NCBI GenBank assembly: GCA_973895155.1
Contig: OZ316898.1
Span: 11,555,187-11,619,186, forward strand
Direction: 5' to 3'
Source: Marsupella aquatica
Lineage: Eukaryota; Plantae; Marchantiophyta
Length of the DNA stretch: 64,000 nt
Made by a program: the position numbers and the translations under genes. Below the pieces are notes generated by a model that was given only the letters and a program-made list of their open reading frames with translations, did no database searches and was not told where the DNA came from. The stretch's first letter is position 1. The number at the start of each line of letters is the position of its first letter. Shown piece by piece: positions 1 through 13,700 of the stretch.

Positions 1-3000
1 GGCTTTGTGTCTCTTTGGTTTTCTTGGGTTTTGCCCCGGTTTTCGCTCCTTTATTGAGTCTTCCACCGTTGGGATCTTATCTCTCCGTCAGGTGCTTTTT
101 GTTCTTTTGGCAACCTCATACATAGGAAAAAAAACAAAACAAACAACAGGACTGTCTTATACCCACACTTGCAAAGTCATTAGAAGAGGAGATTTTGTAC
201 TTTTTTTTTAAGAAGATTGTTTGAAGGAAAAGGATAATTTTCTTTCAGTGTTTTTCCTTAAAAGCGTGTGCCAAACTCTCATGTTTTACTGGACATACCT
301 ATGGTGTGTATGGTCTTGTATTCACTGTCAGAACTTGTAGTGAAGGTGTCATGTGAAGGAACATGGCATCTAGTCTCCTTCAACATGTCCCTCACATGCC
401 TGCTAGTATGCAACTTAGGTAGTCAATTGTTAGACCTTCCCGGCCAATCTTGGTATCTTGCCAGCTTACATTTCAGTAGACATAATTTCTATCACACTTT
501 TTATATATAGAAAAACCAAACTGCATACATTCATTTCCTTTTCTGGTGTACCACACAACATTTCTGTTTTTACAGTTAGTTTTGTTGGTTTTCATCAAAG
601 ATTGTGTACATGTTGATTGCTGGCAGCTCACACCCATATGTCACAACATCAGATCTCAGCCATCACATTGTGGTGACTAAATCTAGAGGAGCTCCTTAAC
701 TGGAAAATCTTTAATGGAAAGGAAAAAATATATTTGGTTTTTGACAAATTTTCTAGGAATCGCATCAGCTGGTCATTTGAAGATGAATTGCCAATATGGT
801 TTTTGTGGATGGACGACTTGAGAGGGTGGTAAACCCAAGTAGCTAAATTTCTAGTTTAATTAGCTTTTCCTTCTGGTTTTTGCTTCTTAATTTCCTGGTT
901 CTGGCCTCTCTGATTTTTTTGGCTTGTCGACCTTTGGATGTACTGGGTGCCGATGCCCTCTGTGGGCCACTCCTTCTGTATGCTGGCATTTTGGATGTAA
1001 TCAATGAGTTTTCTCGAGGCAAAAAATAAACTCAAGGCCACAAATTTTGTCTTCTGGACTACACCTCTGACCCAGGAAAAAAAACATGTTCAGCTACATA
1101 GGCAAATGAATTGATTCAATCTGGTTTGTTATGCCACTTGGGCTTACTCTCTTACGTGGGTTGCCTGGTCCTGATTCAAAATTAAGCTTAACTATGAGAC
1201 TACAAAACATCAGCACATGCAATCATTGATGGTAATTTTGATATTTAGATGCTAAGGTTCATAATCATGGTGGAAGCCTTACTTACAATTCATCTCCCAT
1301 TACCATAGTGCTTGGGCACACCTACGGGCACAGAGTGCAGTTACAAGGTTCAAGTTATCAGGAGAATTTCTAAACCCTGGCCCTCAGTAAGGGAAATGTA
1401 ATGAGATATACCTGTGACCAAGCTCTCTAGCTACCCCTTGTTATATTTTGGAGGAACATTGTATCTTTTTCATTTAAAAAATAATTTTCAGTCTTATATA
1501 AACCCCCCTAGGTTATTATAATCTTTCATATTTTAGGGGATAGAATACCCTTCATTTGTTACTTAACCAACCCAGAACTGAGCCCCAAGTTGCCAGCAAT
1601 CTGGCCTTGCTGAGACGTGGCTGTGTTATTTTGCTAAATAAATGTCTAAGTACATAATTTTTTATCTCCAGTGAAGTAACTAGGACATTAGACATTTTCT
1701 AACCTTGAGATGAACTTTAGGTGTCACTGTGCAAGGTTCCATGCCCAACCCAGCACTCTCCTCACAGCCCACGCACGCTTTGAATTCCATTTGCCAGGTC
1801 AACTAGCCAACTCCCTGCACAGTTCAAGTGCCTGGCCATCTCACTTATGCTTGACAACACCTAGCCAACAATTCACCTTGACAACACTTTCAAACACTCA
1901 ATAGCACTTCCTAATATCGACAACACTTTGCAATGCACTGCCATTGGGTTATTAGTGTAGGATTGTCAATTCTGCATGCCTGGGAACACGAAGCTCTCAC
2001 AGCCACTTCAGCTAGAGGGAGTTGCTTAACATGGTGATCCTGTCACTCTTGTGTCTCGACCTGATAGGCCCCCTTGATGTTTCCAACTCGTCCCAATACG
2101 GTATCTACCAGATGGGTTACATGTGTGTAGAGGCGTGTAAAGCGCATCCAAATGACGAGAAAGGAGGCTCAGTTATGTCCGCAGGTCGTGAGCCCCATCT
2201 GCATCCACGATGCCACTGTTATCCATCTAATTGCCTCAATGCAGCGTCAATTGGCCAGATGCCCTCTTGAGAATGGCTCTCTTTGTGTCAAGAACGTGAC
2301 TCTGTGATTGTATTTGAGTGTCGATCCTTTGTCCTTCGCTGACGAGCATTGTTACAAACTCTGTAAGACAGACACGGTGGATTTCAGGATGGACCCTACC
2401 TTGAAAGCAATCGTGTGCATTCGCCCCTACTTGTGCTCGCATGAAATCAAGTTTTGCCCACAGTAATCCTTTCTTGGAGTCTAGTCAGGATGGCCGAGTC
2501 TCGACCTTGACTCAGCTCGGTGCCCTAGCCTTGAGTTAATAAAACACGAGCAGAACCTGTTAGTATTCAGCGAGAATCGAATCTGTTCTGTTCTATTCTT
2601 TTTCATTTCTGTTCTTGGAATTGCAGTGCAATTTTATTAGAGCTGACGAAGTTTCCTGAGCGTCTACAATCATTTCCCATCTTTCATTTCACTTGCCTGG
2701 ACATTTTTAAAAGTCCAGATTGACTTGTAACGAATTTCAGTAATCAAATATTCTGTATGTTACGTATTACTGTTTTCATTCGTCATCCCTTAGTTTCAGA
2801 TTTTGTGTGCTCACATGCAATTGGAAATCAGCTACTGTAGTTCTCGAGATTGAACAAAGAAATTCTCCAAAGTTTAAGCCAGAGTGGACAGAGTTAAATC
2901 TTACAAAACGTGCGAAGCCTTAGCATGTACTCGTGAAGAGCTTGTTGGTGTCTTTGAATTCGAACAGATTGTTTTCATCTTATGTAGTGGAGGAGCGAGA

Positions 3001-3331
3001 GTTAAAGTACTCTGAATCCCCCATGAGTAGTTAAATTTCTACTTTAGCGTCTTTGCTTTTTGGACGTGCTTCTCTCCTGGTACCGGCCTCAACCAGTCCT
3101 CTCGGCACCATGACCTTCGGTTCACCCCGGTGCCGACCCCTTTTGCGGGCCACCCTTGGTGTATGCTGGCTTTTTGAATGAAATTAAATTAGTTTTTCAG
3201 AATAACAAGGGAAGTTGAAGTCATCTGCAGATCTGCTGTTAGTATTTTACTCCGGATCATATGGCCAAAGCTTCATATTAAGATGTATGCACATGCAGTC
3301 GAATGTGTATCTTGGCAATTTGTCGTCCATC

Positions 3332-3479
3332 TGTGGACATGCAGGAGGGACAGTACAATATCTTGACAAATTGTAGGTTAGATATTCGTCCGCCCCTCCT
3401 TAATGTGGACATGCAGGAGGGACAGTACAATATCTTGACAAATTGTAGGTTAGATATTCGTCAGCCACTCCTTAATGTG
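3332..3479. repeat. Tandem duplication of a 72-bp unit (2 copies)
   Basis: tgtggacatgcaggagggacagtacaatatcttgacaaattgtaggttagatattcgtc... occurs twice head-to-tail; it shows as a 24-aa repeat in the 3303-3596 ORF. Confidence 0.9.
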
Positions 3480-5976
3480 GTAGGGAAACTTGAGAGAAGG
3501 GTAAAAACACATCAACACGATCAGGCGCCGGCTTCTCTCTGTAGACTAGGGGCTGCATTACAAAGAGCTCATGACCGTGTCCACATATTTAGCTAGTAGT
3601 AATCCAGTGAGCTCAGTTTCCAAACTGGCTACTGTAGAGTGTGGGTGTACAGGAAAATCTCTACCCTTTGTAGACTAGGGGCTGGATTATGAAGGCATGC
3701 TGCAGGACCGTGTCCAGACAATTAGTAGTGATTCAGCTACTTTTCGAAATTGAGTGGTGGATACGTAGGGCAATTCTCTAAGATAATAAAGGAGAGTTAG
3801 AGAAATTATTCCATTCTGCATCAAAATAAATAAAATGCGAATTCATTAAAAAAATAAAACATCAGATACATGCGCATCAGTTGTGTTACACATCGGTTGT
3901 GTTATCTTGGTAATTGATGTGTCGCTGATCGATTCAGTGACATTCGTCGCTTTTAGACTAGACAGTCGCTGAATTACGAGCTCATGACAGTGTCCTCAAG
4001 AGATTGCATGATAGGACATGAGGAGTATAGAGCGAGAACGTTCCAAGTAAACCTCGCCCTTGTTAGTTACACAATCAAAGGTCTCCACGCAATAGTGCTG
4101 TATGTACATAGCATTATTACATGAAATCCAAGTCAAGGCCCAACACAATATTTCATGCGAACAAGAAAGCCCAGGACAGATCATCATACTGTTTGATAAG
4201 CGAACTTGAAAAGGAGAAAGCACAGGGCAGATGAACTCTCTCGTCCACAGCGCCGTCAAGACGGAAATGAGACTTGAACGCAGCTGCAGGAAAGAAAACA
4301 ATTGTCCTTCAACACAATGAAAGCAATTTTTAATCACAACAAACTTTGTTTTTAATCACAACAAATTTTTAATCACAAAGCTTGACTCGCGGTAAGAAGT
4401 CAAGTGAAGATTGGTGGAATCCATCGTTACCCTTCATGTCTTATTCCCGAACAATTTTTTTCAAGCGGCAACCCTTCTCGGAATCGGAAAGAGCACAGTG
4501 TTGATTCGAAGGGGAGGACACGTGGGCATGCAGAAAGAGGAAGGCCTGGTCTGAGGCTGGGCTGGGCTCGGCTGTCTGTTGTTCTTCGCGTGGAATCACT
4601 GCAATAGTCTACGGCCTCCCGTTTGATTGCTCGGAATCTGTTAATAAAAGTCCCGGTCTGTTGTTAGGATTCCGTTGCGGTCCGTGACTGACGTGGATCC
4701 CTTCACCTCCCTCCGCTGCAGTGCTACCGGGCGAGTCCGGGTCTTCCTCCCTTTCCAGCGGCGCAAGCGCGCTCTCAGTAGTAGTAGTCTGTTGCCGTCT
4801 GAATCTCCTGAGGTACTTTTTCCCTCCCTCGATCTGCCTGCTCATTAATTCAATAGGCCCAGCCTAAAGCACAACTTCTACAGTAGCTCTGGCTCGCACA
4901 TTCGGGGGAGTAAGTCTTCCTATCTTTCTTAATTTGCCGTTCAATTCTCGGAAGGCCCCTTCTCATAACCAGCTACAACAGTACAACTCCCTTTCACGCC
5001 GTCATTCGCGACCGATTCATTACCATTCTCCGTAGTACTTGGAATTGCCGGAGGCCGAGTGTCTGGAAACGTAACACCTACTAAGATTATTTTCGACTTC
5101 TATCATCGTTGCCTCGTGCAAAATTCAATTCCTTTGGAGACCGAACAGACTGTTGCAGGAAATAATTGCCGGTCAAGTAGTGGATCGTCGACGGCCGGAT
5201 CGGGGCCGGTCCGCCATTGTTGTCTGAAATTAAGGACAATTTAAATTGTATTCGGAGAAAAAACTTAGGCGTCCGACGCTTCGATCGACTGGACTGCTCT
5301 TGGTTTGTAGATTACAACGGACATATATCGATCAGATTAGTAAGGGGATCTGATTCAATTCTCTTGATCTGTAGAATTTGTTCTTTGAGGGAAATTACGA
5401 ACTGCTCTAGGGAGTCTTGCGTTACAACTTTATTCGGAGATTTCCACCGTCGTGCAGCTGTGACGGGGAAAGACCAGACATCCGAAGCCGAGTCTAGTAG
5501 AGCTGTACACACTGTTTCATCTTCTTGCGTGTGGGTGAAGACACGGGAACTTGACACGCTTGCCCTTTACATTATTCAGGCCCTCATCGGCAGGTGTTGT
5601 AGGCTGTGCACTCACTCAGGTTTCTGTTCGTTGAAATCGACGATCGGTACGTTACCACGTAGGCCGAAGGAGATCATTAGATTATACTTCTTGGTGTTGG
5701 GGTGCGTTTTCAGCCAACGAATTCAATCAAGAATCGAGAAAGACTTGTAACTCAAGAAAACGGTTGCGCACTGTACCTGCGGTACCACCCAACTTACTGG
5801 CGATCGCTTGCCATCAGCAGGACGATCAGGACAATTCTTGCGCGAGAACGATCATCGATCGAGACCGAAAACTGAAGCCGAGAAGATCGACAATCGATCT
5901 TCGCAGCAAGACCTGTGCAATTGTGTATAGATCATCGACCTTACTAGAAACGGAAGAGATTTAGAAGGAAAGTACG

Positions 5977-7796
5977 ATGGCTGCCTCGTGCGGTTTGATT
6001 GTGACCAGCGGCTACTCGCCTGCAGTCGGGTCGAGAGAAATTCTCGGCAGATCTCAACATGAGTCGTGCGCGTCGTCGTCTGCATGCGTCGCCTCGTCGT
6101 GCAATCTCCGATCGGCGGCGGCTTCAATGGCACAGAATGCACGCCTTTCAGTGAGCAGGCAGGAGAGCGACTTGTCCTCCAGCTTCTGGAATAAAGATAG
6201 CTGTGCTGGACTTCGCTTGACCCAGACAACTACGCAGCTTGCGGCTCCCCAATCCACGAAGAAAAAGGCACTTCCGGCAGTGGTAAGCTCACGACACATG
6301 TCCCGGAGCTAGTCTGATTTTCCTATCTGAAAACTAAGATCTGTTACTCAAAAAGATTTTAGAGCAGAGTGAGCTAGACATTAGAGGGCAGAGTTCCATC
6401 AGCACATTAGAATGCGGTGGTATGGGAGAATCTTATGCACTGCTTAGGCTAGGATTCCTGAATATGTATAGAAGTTCTTAGTGCGGATTTGACTGTTCAG
6501 GAAGCGAGGTTGTTCGGACCTGCAATTTTTGAAGCATCCAAGCTTCGTGTGCTGTTTCTTGGGAAAGAAGATGAGAAGGGGCAACTTCAACAACCTCGCA
6601 TTTACACTCTGACCCACAGTGACACCACGGCCAAAATCACTCTGGCTGTCGCCCAAGAGATCAACAAGGCACAGGTAGGTTCCTGGATTTATTCAAGTGA
6701 TTGATAATGTTTGTTTCTCCTTTGCATTTTTGATCTAGTAGGAGTCTTTAAATTCTTCAGAATTATGGCTCTCTTTCCGAAGGACCTCAGATGGAGAAGT
6801 CATGTACAGTTTTCCCTTTTTGTTCAAGTCGACTATCTTTCAATGTTCTTACTGGAGCTCTAAACGATTTCCGCAGCTGAAGGGATGGTACAGCAAGCTG
6901 CAGCGCGATGAAGTGCTTGCCGAGTGGAGAAAGACCCAGGGGGAGATGGCCCTTCACGTGCACTGCCATATTAGTGGAGGGAATTTCCTGCACAACCTTA
7001 TTGCCAAGCTTAGATTCTATATATTTCGGAAGGAACTGCCCGTGGTAAGTTTGCTCAATTCGACCAACCAGACGTTTTGTGTTCTTGTCAAGGGTTACAT
7101 CTAATTTTTAACCCAGAAGCTGAGACTTTAAAATAACGGAACATATAAGGTTGTGTAGTCGTTTATTCGTGCATCTCTTCGTCTTTAGGATCGGAATTTG
7201 GTGTATCATTGATCTCCTTAATTGAAATTTGACTGGATGTTCAGGTATTGGAAGCTTTCATTCACGGTGATAGAGAGCTATTTGCAAAGCACCCGGAGTT
7301 GCAGAATGCGCCAGTCTGGGTGTACTTCCATTCTAATATGGAAGAATACAATCGTTTGGAGTGCTGGGGACCTCTGAGTGAGGCTACTAAGGTGAGAGAC
7401 GTGCTGTCGACTGCAGCTCGTTACTGGTTCTTGTATATTTATTTTGTGTAATTGTGTAATCTTGAAAGTTCCAGATAGCATTATCGAATGAATTATACAA
7501 AGCACCTGATTGCATCTAGGAAGGCAGGTCGAGTTAGCCGGTGCATGCACTGACACTGTATTGCACTTCTCTCGGTTTTGCAGGGAGCTTATAAATCCGA
7601 GATTCAAAAAGAGGCCATCCACCAAGCCATGGACGAAATTTCGCGAACGCGAAAAAGGCCTGGTTCCGTCTGCTCTCCAGGACCCTGCGAATGCTGTTCT
7701 AGCCACGAAGCCGTCATTGCGATCCCAGAGTCGTTCAGAAGGCTACTATCCGAGGATCAGGTTCAACAGCAGCAGCAGCAGGAAGCCTCGACCTAA
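5977..7796 (+). CDS. SGR: STAY-GREEN protein (chlorophyll a Mg-dechelatase), plastid-targeted, 5 exons, about 335 aa
   Basis: Exons 5977-6282, 6501-6674, 6877-7044, 7245-7391, 7584-7796; all GT-AG and phase 0. Staygreen motifs ARLFGPAIFEASKLRVLFLG, PRIYTLTHSD, LQRDEVLAEW, LHVHCHISGG, FRKELPVVL, VWVYFHSN and ECWGPL. Ser/Ala-rich transit-like N-terminus and C-terminal Cys motif PGSVCSPGPCECC. Confidence 0.95.
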
Positions 7797-10700
7797 GCTT
7801 TGCAAGAAAACATTCGTCGACTATTATAGAGTACAATTATACACTTTCGCAGAAAGCATGCAAGGGTAAGGACGGTACTGTGGTGTTGCCTAGATCGAAC
7901 ATGCATTCGAAGACATAGGAGGGGTCCATTTCGATCAGTTGGATGAAATGCAGGCTCCCTGATCGAAAGTTGCACAACGCGTGCACATTCTCGAAGCCTC
8001 AAAGTTCTGCGACAATGATGCGAAGAAGTTTATGGACAGTGTGTTACACGAGCTGGGTCCTCAAGCCTGTCGACTCCGGACACCGCCATTTCTTCATCCT
8101 CGAAGTCAATTCGGACTGTAATTAGAACAGGTACAGACTGTACATAATTTTGCCGAAGGATTTGGTCACATGGAAACTATAGATTTACATAACTTCTAGG
8201 GGGCAGAGTTCGAAGATTAATCAAGATCCAGCAAGTGACCTAAAATGTAGAAATCGAACTTTGTTCGCCCACAGGAATTCTCGCAGGAATTCGAAGGTCA
8301 TCTCCCAAAATTTCAACAACTTGGAAAGACATTCGATGGATTGGATAGTAGACGAACACGCACTAGCTATCTAGTGTAACGCACAGCTACAATTAGTGAC
8401 GTAATATAAATCCACTATAGAGTCCTGAAAGTACAGAGTTTTCTCTTAGTCTAGCAGTGAAACAGATTCACCGACGGTCCCTTGTGTCAGTTGATCGATC
8501 GGATCCGGATATGGGCACTCGTTGTAAATACTGTTCATTCAGATGCTCCAATTTATCTGGAAAAGACTCGAACTACTAGCAGAAGTGGTTAGAATTCCGA
8601 ATTTAGTGGTTTACTTGGTGTGATCCAGGAAGTGATTCCCCCGTTTTAATCTTCAGAACAATATACTTGCAGCGTAATTGGGTTGGCTTGATTTCCAGCC
8701 CAAAATTTGGCGACGTAACTAATATCTCCTGTACATTTACATTAATTGATCGATCAAGTCCGACTCTGACTCGTTTTTACAGTGATGCCCTTGCAATCTG
8801 TTGGTGACTCATTTCAACCTTCTTGACTGATGACTCCGTTTTTTATGCCCAATGTTCTGTTTTTGTCACCTCATTCATTGATTTTACATCAATGATTGTG
8901 GCTTAAGTAGATGTGGGAGTGACGCCCTTGAAATTTGTTTGGTGACCCTCGTCATTCGTTCTTCATGGAGTTGTCTTCCCTACAATTGAAAATAAGTCTT
9001 CGTGAACCTGGAAATAACCTGGAAATAAGTTGGATGATCAATGCCGCATGTTAGGTCGCCTGGCTTGCTCAAATTCTGTGTTTCTAATCGCATGCTTCGT
9101 GGATGAATCACAACTCTTAGAAAACTTATTCTCTTCGGCAAATCATTTTCAACAATCTGCACCGAACAGCTCACCATGGGAACAGTACACATCACGTCTG
9201 TAAATTGCGTGATGCAGAAATGCATGCATATGGTCTTTCTACGAATAACCGATTCCTCACCTACGAAAGACATGTTTCGTGGGCTGTGGTGGGCGGGGCG
9301 GGGTCCGCCATGGGTTCTACTCGCGTTCATGCGATGGAGTAACGCCACGTCCAGGAAACTACGGGCACGAATTGAAAGGTACGAGGATATAACAGCGAGC
9401 TACTCAGAGTCTCCGTCACCCGGAATCCGGAATGCTGGCACTGTACTGGGAAAGATTCACTACTGTGGTGTCTTGTGACTTGTTGTGATGCTCAAGGCAA
9501 GCGCAGGCCTGGAGCCACGTGCTTTGGGCAGGAATACCAATTGATGATGTAGTAAAGGTCATAGTTGGATTGAGCATGTAGGACACGGCTCTGCGCGCCC
9601 TACCAGCACCCCGTTTTGTCGTCCTGAGCTCGATCGCTCTCTGGCTTGCTGTACCGGGAGTAATGGGATCTGGCCTCACTTCTGCACGTCACCTCGAAAA
9701 CTACTGCAAGAAATGAAGGTTGTTACTTGTTACTCAGAAAGGTGTGTAGAGCATTACCGTACTCAGTGGATCCGAAGTACAAAGTGTAGCTGTGATGATG
9801 TTGAAGGCAGTGATTCTCAAGTTGGCACAGGTTCTCGCGAAAATGTTACTGTAGGCTCTGTTCTTTTTCTCAGGTAGGAGGTGGGTGCAAACTAGAGTAG
9901 GAAGAACCCGCTGAGAATAGGTCATGTGGGAACACTGCCCGCCCACCACCCTCCCCCGTTGCAGGATTTGAATGAAGATTTTGCAGCCTTTGGCGTTGAT
10001 CCAGAGTTGTAGCTCGGCACGGGAAAAGGGTGAAATGTTTCAATATTGAAGATTCGACTCCTCGCCTACTTTAGGTCCTCACATTACGGCACCTTGTAGG
10101 CAATGATAATGTTTGGTGGATTTGCGTTCTACTCAGTGGAGTTCTGAATTAGAGTGAGCCCAACACTCCACCTTCGGTCCTGATCATGACGTGGCCACCC
10201 ATTTTGGAGCTACCGATTCCCAACCCTGGCATTGTGTGTAATTATCTGGCCAGAACTAATCAACGAAATAACTGTCAGTCCTAGTCTCAAATGCTTGAAC
10301 AGAGCTTGTAATCAATTCTTCCAGAGCTTGTAATCAGTTCTGATGGATTTTAACAATTGAGAACTCTGTTTCATGAAGGTACGAGTGTCGGATGACAGCA
10401 TTGTAGAGAAATTGTTATCGACAAAGTCAGTCGGTTGGGCTGTGTCAATTGTGAGGTCAATACAACTATACGATTCTTCGAATCTATCGAAAGCTGTGCT
10501 GCGGGCACAGCCCTGATAGCCTCCGAAGTGGGATGAAACGGGTGAGTGATGATTGTAAATTCCAAAGACTGTAAGTCAAGACCAGCCGTCCCCTATAAAA
10601 AACTCTGCTGGCATGGTCCAACAAGTCCCCACTAAATTCATTGATGTTTATTCGTTCACTCGGTTACTTCGCGTGGTGGGGTAATTTTCTGATACCCTGA

Positions 10701-13700
10701 CGTCGTAATAGACTAGGAGTGATTCGGAAGTGGTCGGTCGCCAATGCTCCCCGAAAGCATGGCAAGGAGAGGATATTCACGTTTGGTTTTGTTCCCACAT
10801 ATTGGAGGGTGGGGAGCGAGAGCATTCCGAGTCACCCGTCCAGACCCTTGAAGAAGGCAACAAAATCGTGTGTGGCGAGCGGGTCCATCGATCTCTAACG
10901 AATTAATTTTGCCCGCCTTGTCTTTCTGTACACGTGGGCGATACTTTTGGAATGAATGTTCTCAAATTTCGCCAGTAAAATGACAGAGGCCGGAGCTGAT
11001 CACCCTCTAGCTTGAAAACATATCCATAATTATGTGGTCATCCACCTTTCAACTGAAAAGGAAGCCATCTACACTTCACAGTGTTCGGCGCACTGACATG
11101 TAATTGAAACGCATTCAACTCCATCATTCTAGCTCAGATTTCAGGCGGACGAGATGCTCGACCAGAATGCGACAAATCTTGCCTTTAGAAAACTTGAAAG
11201 CATCATAATTATAACCGGCTGACCAGCTCAATGAAGTTCTTCCACATTCATTTGATTCTTTCAGTTGAGGCTGTTTGGGAAGGGCTACAACACTAGGGGG
11301 CCCACAAGGTTGATCGATCACCTGCCCGCCTACACAATGGTGATGAAATAGACATATGATTCTATGGAGTCCGATCACGCAACCTAGCCAAGCGGCTCGG
11401 GCAGGCAATTATGATTTGCTTCTCAATCTTTGTGCGTTGGAGTGACTGGACCTGACACAACTGAAGTTTACGTTACAATGCACTAATTCGGACCACTAGT
11501 CCTGCTCATTGATTCGGTTGTCTTCACGTCAGCTCTAATTTCTTGGCACCAGGGTTTCCTATGTAGGTACGGTTTTGGAGAATATCCCGATCAGGCAACG
11601 TCTGATGTCCATCTGATTTCGTGAGAATCACTTCGGAGAATAACGCCCTTGCATCGGTTTGATTAATAGTTTGTTTATCACAAGAAAGTCCCGCAATGTT
11701 TCTTTCCAATTTTATTGTTTTCTTTCTTGCTCGAGTGTGTAAAAATGACAAAACAGTCCCTGCTAAAGGATAATCGTTTGAGAAGGCCTTGAAGAGTTCA
11801 CACAGGAGGTCATGCCCAGCAGCCACCACAAGTTGATCTGAAGCTCTGTCAAGGACGTGATCCCACTTTCATCATAAGACTCATAATTATAGTTTAACTG
11901 CTAGCTCCTTCAATCGCGCCTCACCCAAGGTAGAGTCGAAAGTAGAAAATGTGGCCCTTGAGAATTTTGACCTTACTTGTTGCCGGATACTTTACACAAG
12001 AAATCTTAGTGCTCTTACATTGTTTCAACTGATGGGCATATCATCACACATTCCCACTGGACTAAACCGCTGCCAACTTGTAATCGTCCAAAAGCCGGTT
12101 AGTGGCTTGACACCCTTAAAGCATTCCTAACTAGGTCCAGCTCGATTCTGCAGAAAAGGGATTCAAGGGGGTCAGATTCGACTGTCCTACAAATCAACAA
12201 AATAAAAACGTACTTCCAATAAAAATGATGTTCAAGGAAGTAAAGACTTCGACAGATATGCCTTCATGGTGGAATGTGAATATAATACGGGAAGTTGGTG
12301 GTACAATGCAGATACAACGAAAAGATAATCAGGCTCTACAGTCTTTCAAATATTGCTATTAGTTGGGGAGATGAATGAGCCGGTAGAAGTCTTAGATCGC
12401 TGGAGGGCTTCATTTTACCGTTAATGGCAGAACACCTTTAGCATGTAAGAGGTTTACTCATAACTGCGGAGTGAGCCCTGGAACCACCACACAACTGTTG
12501 CAAAACTATGTGCAATACTGTAATTCTGTTTGCAGTCTATCAAGTGGTAGTATTGTAATTTTTAGGGGAATGGTCCGCTAGAACTGCATCTCACAAAAGG
12601 TTAATGTCACCAGGATTTGTTTTTGAAAATCTAGTTCCCGACTTGAATGTCTCCCAGTTTGTAGACCTCGAAAACTGAAGACGAAATACCATTAATGATC
12701 CCCAGATTTGTAAGAACCGAGATGACTGATATGTATCGAGACGGTGCAGCTTTCACACACATAAACACGGTTCTTCGTCCAGCACATCAATACAGTCGAG
12801 AGTGTCAGGCAAACCAAAACCTTCTTCGGTGCGTGATTTCTAGATTCCTAACTATGTCGGCTAAGAGTTTTCCAAAATTCTGGAGATTGACGGCCGACTA
12901 TACCAATAGGTTGTATCATACCTGCAAATTCAGTTCTTCATCACGACAGGATACTGACACTTGGTGACCCCATCTGCATTTTAAAAGATGTATTCACGGC
13001 TTAGGTGGATGAGGTATCCCTGGACTAAAATTTCTGAGATAGCTGAAACGAACAAAAAACGTGGGTCTGAGGACAAAACTTCAAACTTGCTTGGCTGACA
13101 GGTGAGAGTGTTCTTGCACTTTGCTTGAACTATAGAAACAAATTGGACATTCGTATTTCTAATCGATTAGCATCTGATACGCAATTCATACATACCCACA
13201 AGAATCTCTCTGTTTCTGAAATTGCCATGTGACTTTCACCTTCATTCATAAGCTAATGCAGTCTTTCAGGAATGTTGTGGACCATTTCATAAACATTGAT
13301 CAAGTTCTGGATCCAGACGTGGACTTGAGCCCTTTGAATTGACAGGTGCAACAGCGACTGTTGTACCAACACGAACACCAGCCGGACAGCAGTGTAGACA
13401 TATTTTTTGCTAAGGGCAAATTATATTTCTTCCAATTTTGCGTTTTTTATAAATTGAAACTGTCCAACCTCGAAACCCTCCATAGTAGTTTATGTCTGTC
13501 TCACATCACAGGAAATGAACTTTGATGGGCATGAGCTCGCTGCACTTAACCTATGGTCCAATGTTAAGAGATACCCAACGTCCTCGAGTGAAGGGTAGTA
13601 GAAATTGTGGAAAGCCGTCACTCCACGTTTGAAAACCCATTCATCACTGTGATCGGATAGGATGCACCCCCATTTCGGTACTCACTGAAATCTTTAAAGA

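Noticed and set aside
5217-5750. 177-aa ORF upstream of SGR
   Set aside because: Non-ATG start, no recognisable domain, and it lies in the probable 5' leader or intron of SGR.
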